Source of the DNA: Lama guanicoe
Taxonomy: Eukaryota
Direction: 5' to 3'
DNA length: 64,000 nt
Assembly: GCA_013239625.1 (NCBI GenBank)
Contig: MU054116.1
Location: 207,890 to 271,889 of the forward strand
Under the pieces are notes generated by a model that was given only the letters and a program-made list of their open reading frames with translations, did no database searches and was not told the DNA's origin. A program made the translations under genes and the position numbers. Below, piece after piece: positions 13,019 to 25,260 of the stretch (its first letter is position 1; each line of letters starts with the position of its first letter).

Positions 13019-13159
13019 GTTTTATGTGGCTAACATGAAATCAAGTGAGTAAACATGAGTCCTAGGTGAATTAGGTTTTTAAGTCACTTATGAATCTTTT
13101 GGGTCATCTTTTGGCAAAGATCCTGAAACACGCAGCAGTGGGGACAGTGTCCTCAGAGA
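13019..13159 (-). promoter_or_regulatory. Putative promoter module of the OR at 7886-8821
   Basis: Minus strand reads TCTCTGAGGACACTGTCCC...GATTCATAAGTG...TTCACCTAGGAC...TTTACTCACTTGATT...CATAAAA, alignable with the modules upstream of the other five ORs. Confidence 0.55.
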
Positions 13160-14351
13160 ACTGAAGAGTCCACAGTGACATTCACACAGGACTTTTACAT
13201 ACAATAAAAATAAAGTGATAAAGAGCAAGCCTAAATTTTCTCCCTCGTGTTTAATAACATCTATAGCTGCCAATAGCGGCTAACAATACAATTACTCCTT
13301 GCTCCTTCTGAATCATTTTTACCTTAAGTAATTGCAATTTATTATAAATTAGATACAAATTTTTGTTTGTGGTTACTCTCAGTATATATTTTTTGTTTTT
13401 GTTTATACTTTCTCATTTTTCATAATTTTAGTAAATTACATATAACATAAAACTTCCCATCTCAACCACCCTGAAAGTACAGTTCAGTAGTATTAAGTAC
13501 ATTCCTACTGATGTATATTTCCCGTACTACTTTAACACACATATTTAATACTTTTTTCTTATAACATCTAGGAATAATTGCTATCTAGACACTCATTCCC
13601 AATAACGCAAGGCACTCAGCCTGATTTTTTTCCTTCTTCCTCTTGTTCTGGGCTATTTTAAGGATACTATTGACTCGTGTCTTATGTTGAGATGGTAATT
13701 TTTTTGTTATTAATATTATTTTAGATTTAAGAATAAGTGTTACTCATATTTGTAACCACCCTGCTCTTGTCAACGTAAAAATATTTTCCTCTCTTGGGTT
13801 AACATATTTTTCTTTCTTGCTAGAGGATATCATTTAGTAATTCTGTTAGTTATAATAAAAGTGAAGCTTTTTGATTTCTTTCACTTCTTAAATTGTATTA
13901 ATTTGGTCTCATATTGAATGGCTCCTTTCCCACATATGTAATTTTCTATTAGAAATAATTTTCCCAGAGCAATTTCATCTTCTTTAACTATGAATTCCAA
14001 AGAAGAACCTATTTTTATATATTGATACATTCACACAACACACTACATTGATACATATTCATTCCTAGGAAGTGTTTAGGATTTTTGGTATTTATTTATA
14101 CTTTTCTTTATTTGCTATTAGGTATTTAGTCATTTCCATTTTTTTCTCTTGATTTTCACTTGGTTATTAAAGTCTCATTGACCACCAGGGCATTTTTTTC
14201 TGTATAATTTCATCTAGTTTTTTTCCACTTATTCTTTCTTTATACATGGATATTAAAAATTGTGGATCCTCCTTTAATGGATCAACTTTTATTATTTATT
14301 ATGTTTTCTTTTTTCTATACTCTCTCTCTTACATCTAGAAAAGTTACTTGT

Positions 14352-15650
14352 AACAGAGGATTGGATCAAGTAGGGGAGTAGGAAGACACAGAACTCAACA
14401 TCCCCATAAATACAACAAAAAATACACCTGCATGTGGTACAGTCTCACTGAAGACCAACAGAGACTGGCAGAAGGACTCCTACACAAACAAGGCTGTAAG
14501 AAAGAGCCTCACAAAATTAGACAGGAAGGGAAGAGAAGTGATCAGGTTGGGAGTGTGCCCCTGGGAAGGGACTCGGAGGAGAGGGGAGATTACAAGGTCA
14601 GAAGTCCATCCTGGGGAGTGAGATGTTCCAGCTACATACTGGGCACTTCAGCACCGGGGTCCGACACAGAGAAGAGAAGCCCCGTTGGTTGGCTGGAGAG
14701 CTGGTGGTGATACAGGAAAATGGGGTGCAAGAGGATGGCAAGGTTCCAGGTCCCAGGAGAGTCCCTGGGAAGCACCCCATCAATTGAGGGTTCTTGGCTT
14801 CATGCAAGAAAGAATTCAAGAGCAAGCAGGAGTTGAGCAAAGGGAGATTTGCTCAGAGAGATACATTCTCCACAGGCCGAGTGCAGGCCGTCTTGAGAGA
14901 CCAGAAAGGCCACGAGGCGAGCGGGTGGTTAAAGCAGAGGGGCTTAGGAGATACACACCCCATAGTTAGGGAGCAGGCCTTCTTACTCAGAAGGGAGAGC
15001 AGCCATGAGGTGCCAGGTTGTTGCTTTTTAGGGGCTCAGTAACTTCAGATGCTAACATGTGGGAAGACTATGCCAGCTACTTTGGGAAATGGGCTGAATT
15101 CCCAGGAACTGGGCCATTACCCACTTTTTGACCTTTTATGGTCAGCCTGGAAACTGTCCTGACACCTGTGGGAGTACCATTTAGCAGGCTCTCTTACTTT
15201 AATGAATGCATACTGAAGTTCAAGGTCTACTGGGAGTTGAATCTTCCACCATCTTGGTGCTAACTGCTGTGTCATTCTTTCAATGCTTGTGCCCTGCCCC
15301 CTACCTTCCTGTCTCAGTGGGACTAGCAGGAGGGCTGTGGGAAGCCTGGACTCTGCTTGTGGGGAGCGCACAATGCTTGCTTGCTCCCAAGGCAGGGCGG
15401 AGAGGGTGGACTGAGAAAATACTGGAGGCTGGCAGGCGCCCTGGCCTGAGGCCAGCAAACTCTCCAGCCATCCTTGCTTCACAAGTGGAACCAGGGCTGC
15501 CACGACCAAGAAAAGCGCTTGGCCATGAGACACAGAGGTAGCCTAGACCCCAAACGGCATCTGAGCAGGGAAGGGACAGTCACTACTGGCACTTAATACA
15601 GGCGGTCCTGATCTCTGATGTTGGCCAGACCACCAGAGCCCACAGTCCAG
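14352..15650 (+). mobile_element. L1 5'-UTR fragment interrupted by an LTR
   Basis: GC-rich L1 5'-UTR-like sequence; the flanks rejoin as gagagctggtgg/gactagcaggagggctgtgggaagcc across the insert. Confidence 0.6.
14708..15316 (-). mobile_element. Solo ERV1-type LTR
   Basis: TGA...TCA inverted termini (tgatacagg / cctgtctca) and perfect 4-bp TSD GTGG (14704-14707, 15317-15320). Confidence 0.8.
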
Positions 15651-15689
15651 CACACAGACACATACACCTGAAACAAAAATCTTCAAAAT

Positions 15690-15975
15690 ATTAAAAGAAA
15701 TGAAATGGATAGGGATACCATTTTAATGGATCGAAAGATCCAGTACTCTAAAATGTGAATTATTTCCAAACTGATCCATTGATTTCAAACCAACGCCATC
15801 AAAATCTTAGCAAATTATTTCCGTGTAACTTGGCAATCTGATTCTAAAAGTTATAGGGAAATACAGAGGACCAACACTAAAAAGACCCTCCTGAAAAAGA
15901 AGAAAATCTCACTGGCACTAGCATAGAAAAAGAGATCAATGGCATAGAACAGGAAGAGCAGAAAGAGACCCTGTA
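15690..15975 (+). mobile_element. Degenerate L1 ORF2 fragment
   Basis: Resembles the L1 ORF2 C-terminal region (aaatggatagggataccat..., ctgattctaaaagttataggg..., gatcaatggcatagaacag). Confidence 0.6.
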
Positions 15976-16761
15976 AGTGAGCCGCTGCCTCCATTTCTCC
16001 AAGCCTGTCTCTGGATCCCTGCTTCCTTTCAATTCTCCTTTCCTGCCTCAGTCCCTATTTCCCTCTGCCCGGGAAAAGCCCCAGTACTGCTGCTTTTGAG
16101 GGCCTGCCCTCCTGTCTCAATAACTGACCCACATGTATAAAAGATCTGCAGACATTTCCACTGGGAGTGTGACGGCTGCGATGCTGTGAGGGTGTATGGA
16201 ACTTTACTATTCACCCTGGATGTGGAGGAGGCTACGAGCCAGCATAGGCAGTTACCTGCACATGGGATTCTATGACTCCAGCCCAGACTGATCACTTCTC
16301 CAATACTGAGCTTCACGAAAAGCTGGCACTGCTGAGCACTGGGGGAGGGCAGGAGCCGTCTCTGGACTTAAGCTCAAATGGTGTCTCCTGAGCATAATAC
16401 ACCCAGACCCTGCGCTCTGGATAAACACTGACACCTTTGGGCTTAGCAAGGTCCCTGCATGTTTTGAGTATGAAATCACAATGATTAGTCAATATATGAA
16501 TACTAATTACTTCTACCTTAAAATAGGACCAGTGGATGAACTATATGATCAATAAATTGAAATAAATATTAATTCTCCTAATCAGCAAGACATTTTAAAG
16601 ACTAATAAACAGATACATGGGGAAGGCTGACGATCACGAATGTGTCCTGCAACAGAAATCATCAGATGACCGTCAGCCTTTAGACTATGTACAACACATA
16701 CGGTGAGAGTCACAGTCATTTTATCACCTGATTTTTTTCTCTGCAACTGTTGCATTTCTCG

Positions 16762-16935
16762 TCTCTGTGGACACTGTCCCACAGGTGCTGGTTAATTTTT
16801 CTCCTTTTTCCTTCTTTTTTCTATCGGAGTTAATTGTACTATAGATTCATTAGTGGTTTGAATAGGGTCACCAAGGACATTTTTATTTGCTCACGTGATT
16901 GTCCCCTGTGCACTCAAGCTGATATAACCTATAAA
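16762..16935 (+). promoter_or_regulatory. Putative promoter module of the OR at 19790-20728
   Basis: TCTCTGTGGACACTGTCCC (16762), TTCATTA homeodomain-type site (16846), GGGTCACCAAGGA O/E-like site (16865), GTCCCCTGTGC, TATAAA (16930). Confidence 0.65.
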
Positions 16936-19789
16936 GCACACGGCATTTCTAGTAATAAAAATTTATACAGTAACCCATTTCTTTGCACAGAGAGCTCAGC
17001 CCATCTTCACTTTCACAGCCATGATGAGCTGCTCGCATTTATTTGCCATTGCTTGTCCATTCTTTCAGTCACAGAATTCAGGAAAGTATTAATAGTAGTT
17101 TCATGAGACATGGGAACTCTCATCAGGTCCCACTCTAGACATAGTGATGCTTAGAGCAAAGGTGCTGTTCTCAGGTCACTACACACGGCCTTGCATTTGC
17201 AGACACCCTGACCTGGAAGAGCATGCGGGGCTTAAGTGTAGGTCACAGTTAACTCAAAATTATAGCCACTAGCACCCCGGTTTCTCAGACCCAAGAAGGT
17301 AATTTATGTTAAATTTCTGGAAAAGTGATCGAGAGCCACCAAAAAGTAAGTATGAAATGTTTGTCATTTATGTGCTAAGAGGTTTGAAAACTGGAACCAC
17401 AGAAGTTGTGGGAAAGCAGTCCCTGGGGAAAGGCAGTGCGTTTAGATCTTTCTGCTGGAAAATCTGAATCTAAGAAGTACCTTCATGTTCAAGATTAAAG
17501 ATTAAAGTAATGTAATTGTCTTTAAAGGAAAAATCATAAATAACAATTCTCCATAATTTTAAGTGATTCTTGATAGCAGGAAGTGAAACAGTCATAGCCT
17601 AAAACTCCAGTATTAAATACAGTGTCCTTGTACTGCTGATGTTCTTCTTCAAGTAATCATTCAAACAACCATGTGGAGATATTTACCAATCCCATTCCAG
17701 CCCTTTCCTCTGTGTTGAGGACACAAGATTATGTATTTTTATGGTACGTGGTGGTGCACCATCCAGTGGTATTAACTGGAGTCAGTGCACTGGGCAGCAG
17801 GAAGGCAGCGGCTGAGGCAGGTGGAAGACGCTGAGAACAGCTGCGGCATTAACTGTGAAGATGCCTGGCTCTCAGGAAACCATCCTGTCTTAGCCTCGGG
17901 GAGCAATCTCCCCATCAGCGCCCATTATTTAAAGGTTGCTGACACTCAGGCAAACCTTTTATCCCAGGAGAGTAGGTAAGCAGACTTTTCCTATGAAGTT
18001 GTCTATAAATGCTTAATCACACTGTGGCAGCTCTCCTCAATAGAAAAGACAAGATGCCATCCCTGAGCCCAGAGGGAAACAGCGCATAAGGTATTTTGTG
18101 AGCAATATCTTGCAATATCACATAAAAATCACACTGCAGAAGAACTGGTATCTCCGGGGGAGATTTTATCTAGTCATTCACTGAAGTAACCCAGATGCCC
18201 TGGAGATACTGTTTGCAGCTAGGAAACATTTGAAAAGCTAACATTTTAATGAACTTGTGATTACTAGAATTGACGAAGTCGATGAGCAATTGCCCCATAT
18301 CCTAAAATGTCAGCTTTCCTAGAAACACTTAAGCTTTGGATCCAGTTTGAACTGGCTCAAATTCCAGCTCTGAGATGTCTGAGGAGTTCATTGTTGCCCT
18401 CAGCAATGGGAGGGATGAGTGAATAGACAGGAAATGTGAGAAATGAAAAAGCGCTCGAGGCCATCCTGGAAGGTGGTGAAACAATGGCTCCTTTGACAGG
18501 ATCCTCAGGAGAAGCAACACAGGGAGGCGACCTTGTAGGGAAACTCATAAGGATGGACTGTGATTTCTCAGTTTGTAAGATTATTCACACATAATAGCCA
18601 ACTTTATTTACCCTCTATGTCATGTTTGGTCCTTGTTAATATTCATGCCTGAAAATACCAGTCGTTTCGAGGAATAAGCTCAGAGTCTGCGTCTCTCCTT
18701 GGGCCAGACTGCTAAGTACAAAGAGTGCCCTCGAGCATTGACAGTGACCACCATGATCAGTGACATTCCTAAGGGGAGGGTGTATCTTCAGAAAAGGAAA
18801 TCAAGGCAAAGAAGGCAGCTATTTCCCCAAGAAGTATTCTCCCTCCTCTGCATCGGGAAAGACATAGAGTTTATGTTACTAAGGGAGCCGGAACATAGCC
18901 TCAGGCACCTAGGAGCTGAAATATCTATGCATAAGATAACTGCAGAAGCCCACTAAGGATCAGGGAAGCCTAAAAACAGGATTCTGTTTCCTGGGGAAAA
19001 CCATCAAAATATCCCATTTGTCACTGTTCTAGGAAGGTTTAGGATGAGTGGGACATTAGACAGGAGATCGATGTTGAAACAGTAATTCAAGAAAGGAAAC
19101 AAAACAGAGCGTGTCAACTGATACACAGGAGAGACCCAAACTCGAATATTTCAGCATATTATCTACCATGAAAGGGGCACAAAGAAGAAATTCTGGAGGT
19201 GGATGGAAATGAGGACATGTCACGGTAACTCTGTGGTATTGCCCCCAGGTCATCCAAATAGTAAAGGAGGGATTAAGAGATTATTTGAATGGAACAAGGG
19301 ATACAAAGCATGGGAGATAGTTCAGCTGAGCCACTGGTGAAATTTTACTATCATAAGGGAGGAGAATGATTTTTGTGTTGTACTAACCAATGGGGAAATA
19401 CAATTTTTATACACTTTTTCCATTAACCAACATTTAGGATCTCCTACTCTTCACTGAGGACAGGGGATACCAGGATGGCTGCCAAAATCTCAGGGGACTG
19501 TGAGATTGACCTTAAAACTGGTTCTGTACCTGGAGTGAAAATGAAACTTCAGATGAATGCTCTTCATGAACCACATTCTGAGGACCAAGGTAAAACAGAG
19601 TCCAGGGAAGGACGAAGCAATCACTTTTCTACGTCTTGATCACTGATGAGTGAAAGCTTTAAAATGTGCTTCTACTGGCTTGCCTGGCTGCTTTATATAC
19701 CTTATTGAAATATTATTTTTATATTCCATTCCTTAGATTCAGACTTAATGATTTATTCATACAGACTTATTATACATGTGAAGACAGTG

Positions 19790-20728
19790 ATGAAAAATCA
19801 TTCTTCAATAACAACATTCATCTTACTGGGATTAACAGATGACCCACGATTACAGGTTTTGATTTTGGTATTTCTGTTTCTCACCTACATGTTCGCTGTT
19901 GCTGGAAATCTAATTATCATCCTCCTCACCCTGGTGGACTCTCACCTTAAAACACCCATGTACTTCTTCCTTCGGAATTTCTCCATCTTAGAAATAATAT
20001 TTACAACTGTCTATGTTCCCCGATTCCTGTACAGCATGACAACTGGGGACAAAAGTGTGACCTATAATGCTTGTGTCATCCAATTATTTTTTGTCATCCT
20101 CATCGGGGCAACAGAATTTTTTTCTTCTAACCGCCATGTCCTACGACCGCTACGTGGCCATCTGCAAGCCCCTGCACTACACCACCATCATGAGTGAAAG
20201 GGTTTGCACTGTTCTTGTCCTTTGCTGTTGGCTGATTGGGTTACTTGTCATGCTCCCACCGCTCAGCCTGGGAGTTCAGCTGGATTTCTGTAACTCCAAT
20301 CTCATTGACCATTTTGGTTGTGATACATCGCCCCTTCTAAAGATTGTGTGCTCAGACACTCAGTTTGTAGAGCAACTTGTTTTAATCATGGCTGTGCTGA
20401 CCCTCATACTCACACTAGTCTGTGTAATTGTGTCCTACACCTACATCATTAAGACTATTTTAACACTCCCTTCAGCTCAGCAAAAAAAAAAAAGGCTTTC
20501 TCCACCTGTTCCTCCCACATGATTGTAGTTTCCATCACTTATGGAAGTTGCATCTTTATCTACATCAAACCAGCAAAGGAAGGAGTGGCCATTAATAAGG
20601 TGGTGTCACTGCTCAACACTTCAGTTATTCCTTTGATGAACCCTTTCATTTATACCCTACGGAATAAGCAAGTCAAACAAGCCTTCAGGGACTCAATTAA
20701 AAAGATACCATTTTTTTCAAAAAATTAA
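19790..20728 (+). pseudogene. OR6C2-like olfactory receptor disrupted by two homopolymer frameshifts (possibly sequencing errors)
   Basis: Three ORF pieces join into a full OR (MKNHSS...LKTPMYFFL...[15 protein letters not shown]...[12 protein letters not shown]). Frameshifts are +1 in T7 at 20117-20123 and +2 in A12 at 20482-20493. Candidate acceptor CCTTAG at 19735-19736. Confidence 0.85.
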
Positions 20729-20808
20729 AAAACTAAAAAGATTTTACAAATTAAAAAAAATATATATTTCATCTTTTACTATGTGTTCTAATTCAAAACA
20801 ACAATACA

Positions 20809-20975
20809 GGAGGGAGGTTATAGCTCAAGTGGTAGAGCACATGCTTAGTTAGCACACACAAGGTCCTGGGTTCAATCCCCAGTACCTTCTCTAAAAATAA
20901 AGACATAAATAAACCTAATTACCCTCCTGAGCAAAACTAAATAAATAAATGACTCTTTAAAATATTTTTAAAAAA
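20809..20975 (+). mobile_element. tRNA-derived SINE (camelid Vic-1-like)
   Basis: A box tagctcaagtgg, B box ggttcaatccc, then an A-rich tail containing taaacctaattacc. Confidence 0.85.
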
Positions 20976-21067
20976 ATAATACAATACTAACATTACAGTT
21001 TGATTAACCACCAAAGTTTCTTTTCATATTATTCTGAGAACCATAGACTGAAGAAAGCACTGTGGTC

Positions 21068-23215
21068 TTTTTTTTTTTTATATAAGTATAGTTGATTTAC
21101 AATGTTGTGTTATTTTCTGGTGTACAGCAGAATGATTCAGTTATACATCTATATACACATTCTTTTTCATATTCTTTTCCATTATGATTTATTACAGGAT
21201 ATTGAATATATTTCCTTGTTCTATGCAGTAGGACCTTGTGCTTATGTATTTTGTATATGGTAGTTTATATCTACTAATCCCAAACTCCTTATTTATCCCT
21301 TCCTCCTCCCTTTCCCCTTTAGTAACTATAAGTTTTTTTCAATGTTTGTGAGTCTGTATCTGTATTGTAAATGGGTTCATTTGTGTTATTTTTTAAGATT
21401 CCTAAGTGATAGCAAATGGTATTTTTCTTTCTCTTTCTGGCTTACTTCATATAGTATGACAATCTCCAGGTCCATCCATGTTGCTGCAAATGGTATTATT
21501 TCATTCTTCTTTATGGCTGAGTAGTATTCCATTGTGTATATACACCACATCTTCTTCATCCATTCATCTAAGTGGCAATGACATTTAGGTTGCTTCCATG
21601 TCTTGGCTATTGTAAATAGTGCTGCTATGAACATTGGGGTGCATGGATCTTTTCAAATTAGAGTTTTCTCCAGATATATGCCCAGGAGTGGGATTGCTGG
21701 ATCATATGGCAACTCTATTTTTAGATTTTAAGGAACCTCCATACTGTTTTCCATAGTGGATGCACCAATTTACATTTCCACAGTGTAGGAGGATTCCCTT
21801 TTCTCCACATTCTCTCCAACATTTGTTATTTGTAGACATTCTTAATGATGGCCATTCTGATCGGTGTGAGGTGGTATCTCAATGTAGTTTTAATTTTCAT
21901 TTCTGTAATAGTGATGTTCAGCATTTTTCATGTGCCTGTATGTCTTCTCTGGAGAAAAGTCTGTTTAGGTCTTCTGCCCATTTTCTGATTGGGTTGTTTG
22001 TTTTTTTAATTGAGTTTTATGAGCTGCCTGTATATTTTGGATATTAACCCTTAATCAGTCACATCCTTTGCAAATATTTTCTCCCACTATGTAGGTTGTC
22101 TTTTCGTTTTGTTGATGGTTCCTTTGCTGTGCAAAAGCTTTCGAGTTTGATCGGGTTCCACTTGTTTATCTTTGTATTTCTTTTGTCTTCGGAGACTGAT
22201 GTAAGAAAATGTTGCTCCAATTTATGTCAGAGAATGTTTTGTCTATGTTATCTTCTAGGAGTTTTATGATGTCATGTCTTATATTTAAGTCATTAAACCT
22301 TTTGAGGTTTTTTTTGTATATGGTGTAAGGGAGTGTTCTAATTTCATTGATTTATATGTGGCTGTCCAGCTTTCCCAACACCACTTGTTTAAGAAACTGT
22401 CTTTTCCCCATTGTCTATTCTTGCCTCCTCTGTCATAGATTAATAGATTGTAGGTGTGTTGGTTCATTTCTGAGCTCTCTGTTTTGCTGCATTGATCCAC
22501 AAGTCTGTTTTTGTGCCAGTACCATGTTGTTTCAATTACTGTAGCTCTGTCGTATTGTCTGAAATCTGGGAGGGTTATGCCTCCAGCTTTGTTCTTTTTC
22601 CTCAGGATTGTTTTGACAACTCTGGGTCTTTTATGGTTCCATATCAATTTTAGGATTATCTCTTCTAGTTTTGTGGAAAATGTTACTAGTGATTTGATAG
22701 GGATCACATTAAATCTGTGGATTGCCTTGAGTAGTATGGCAATTTTAACAATACTAATTCTTCTAATCCAAGACCATGGGATATCTTTCCATTTCTTTGA
22801 ATCGTCTTTAACTTCCTTACTCGATGTTTTATGGTTCTCAGCAGGTTCTCAGCATATAAGTCTTTCACCTCCTTGGTGAGGTTTATTCCAAAGTATTTAT
22901 TTTGATACAATTTTAAAAGAGATTTTTTTTTTTTACTTTCCCTTTCTGATATTTCATTGTCAGTGTAAAGAAATACAACACATTTCTGTATGTTAATCAT
23001 GTATCCTGCTAACTTGCTGAATTCGTATATCAGTTCTAGCAGTTTTTATGTGGAGTCTATAGGGTTTTCTATATATAGTATCATGTGATCTGCATATAAT
23101 GAGAATTTTACCTCTTCTCTTCCAGTTTGGATCCCTTTTATTTCCTTTTCTTGTTTGATTGCTGTGACTAGGACTCTCCACACTATGTTGAATACAAGTG
23201 GTGAGAATGGGCCAT
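21068..23215 (-). mobile_element. 5'-truncated L1 (~2.1 kb): ORF2 C-terminal part, 3' UTR and poly(A)
   Basis: Minus-strand ORFs match L1 ORF2p ([45 protein letters not shown]); frameshifted; poly(T) at 21068. Confidence 0.95.
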
Positions 23216-23245
23216 TTGTCTCAGTGCTTCTGAAATGGTCTTTGT

Positions 23246-23403
23246 TTTTGTTTGTTTGCTTGTTTGTTTTATTTGTCCTGTCAAAATACTATATTTCACT
23301 TGAAGATAAAGCTTCTCTCTTCTAATTTTTTTTAACATTTTTTTAATTGAGTAACAATCATTTTACAATGTTGTGTCAAATTCCAGTGTACAGCACAATT
23401 TTT
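23246..23403 (-). mobile_element. Short young L1 3' end with probable 3' transduction
   Basis: 15-bp TSD TGAAATGGTCTTTGT (23231-23245, 23404-23418) encloses an L1 terminus, its A tail, ~50 nt of other sequence, AATAAA and a second A-rich tail. Confidence 0.75.
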
Positions 23404-23751
23404 TGAAATGGTCTTTGTAAAACAGCTTTTATGTACTTTGTAACTGGCATTTCAAAGCCAAAATAAACTTATGAAGTATTTAAAAAAATAGCAATAATAA
23501 AATAAAAATATACCCCAAATGGCACAGATGATATAATTAAAACAGAATACAGTTAAAACTGTAATTACAACTGTACCTGATATGTTGAAAATGTAGAAGA
23601 ATGTTTTAAGAAAAAACATTAAAATTATTTAAAATATCTAAATCAAACTTATAGAGATGGAAACTGCACCATCTGAGAAAAAAAATAGATTGAATAGTTT
23701 CAATATCAGATATTGCAAAGGAAACATTTTGTTAACTGGAAGAAACACCAG

Positions 23752-23820
23752 TAGAAGTTCTTTATGTAAAACATACAAAGAAATAGAAGTTCTTTATGTA
23801 AAACATACAAAGAAATAGAA
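23752..23820. repeat. Perfect 32-bp tandem duplication inside an old L1 ORF1-like fragment
   Basis: tagaagttctttatgtaaaacatacaaagaaa occurs twice, followed by tagaa. Confidence 0.9.
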
Positions 23821-23949
23821 ACTTGAAAAAAATTTTAACAGAGCATCAGGAAACTGTGAGATAAATTCAAGATGCCTGATGTATTATGGAATTAAAGTCT
23901 CCTTTAAAAAGGAGAAAGGACAGAAAAAGTATTTGAAGAGATGGACAGG

Positions 23950-25260
23950 TGATGCCAGCAACATGGCGGGATGAAATGCTACCTTTGTCTCTCCCCTTCA
24001 ATCTACACCCAGTAAAACATCCATAATACAACAAAGGGGCCTCTGCCCAACACACCAGGATGCCAAGAGATTTCCACACATATGCTCATCTAAAGGTGGG
24101 TGGCCTAAAACACAAAGAGGAGGTAGGACCAAGGAACAGCAGAGGCAGCGCCTGCAGTCCCAGCCTTCCTACAGCAGCAGCTGAGCCCGCAGCCCCAGAG
24201 AACTCAGAAGCAGCAGGGGAGGCGGCACACACAACTCCAGCCTCCTGGCTGCAGCGGCACTGATGGCCACAGAAAACCAGGCAGCAGCGGCGGTGGGGCC
24301 AGAGAACTCGTCTCTGCGGTGCTGAGGGCCCACAACTCCAGCTCCCTGCCCCAGCACCCGCAGCAGTGGGGCCTATGAACCTTCCACACCTGACATGGTG
24401 TAGGCGCCCTCAGGACCTCGGCTCCGGCGCGCGCACTTCTCCTCCCCCTGCAGTGGCAGAGCCCGCAACTCAGGATCCTGGACCCAGCGAAAGAGCCCAC
24501 CATCCTGGAGCACCATGCAGTGATGCCAGCGACACTCGCAGAAGCAAGACACCAACAACTTCAGAGGCATAAGGAGCCACACTTCTGACAGAGGCAGCTG
24601 AGGGTGGAAACTGCCACCTCTCAGACATAACCAGAGGTAGTGCTGGTAAGAGAAACCAAAAACTTGTGCTATAGCACCTCTGCCTGGTAAACAAAAGAAA
24701 GGCATCTAATTTCTAACCTGTGCCTACTTCAAATACACCTGCAGAAGAACGATTCATCAAGCTCCATGAAGAACCACAATATGTTTGTACTACAAGAAGA
24801 AAATGACAATTTCCCAGAAACCTATCTGAAAGTTGTAGAGTATTGTGACTTAATGGATAGCAAATTCAAAATTGCTGTCATGAAGAGACTCAACAAGCTA
24901 CAAGAAAACACAGAAATACAGTTCAGTCAGCTCAGGAATAAAATTAATGAACAGAACGAATACTCTAACAAAGAGATGGAAACTATAAAGAAGAACCATA
25001 TAGAAATTCTGGAGCTGAAGAACTCAATACATGAGATGAAGAATGCATCAGAAAACACTGGAAATAGAGTAGACCACGTGGAAGAGAGAATTAGTGAGCA
25101 TGAAGATGGAAATCTAGAAATGATACAAGTAAAAGAGGAAATAGAAATAAGATATTTTTAATGAGGAAATTATATGAGAGCTACCCAACTTGCTTAGGAA
25201 GGGCAATATCAGCGTGATGGGTAGCCCAGGATGAGAGGAGAGGGAGAAAGGAAAAGAGAA
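23950..25260 (+). mobile_element. 3'-truncated L1: CpG-rich 5' UTR and ORF1 N-terminal coiled coil (24766-25161)
   Basis: Starts near aacatggcgg; ORF1p-like translation FKIAVMKRLNKLQEN...EILELKNSIHEMKN...RVDHVEERISEHED. Confidence 0.85.

Noticed and set aside
14432..15541. ORFs of 80-138 aa on both strands
   Set aside because: They cross L1 5'-UTR/LTR junctions and have no recognisable protein features.
20809..20885. tRNA-like sequences (also 50803-50880 and 60208-60285)
   Set aside because: They have A/B boxes but also A-rich tails, TSDs in two cases and mutual divergence, so they are SINEs and not tRNA genes.
24060..24705. CpG-island-like region with several ORFs
   Set aside because: Explained as an L1 5' UTR directly upstream of ORF1.
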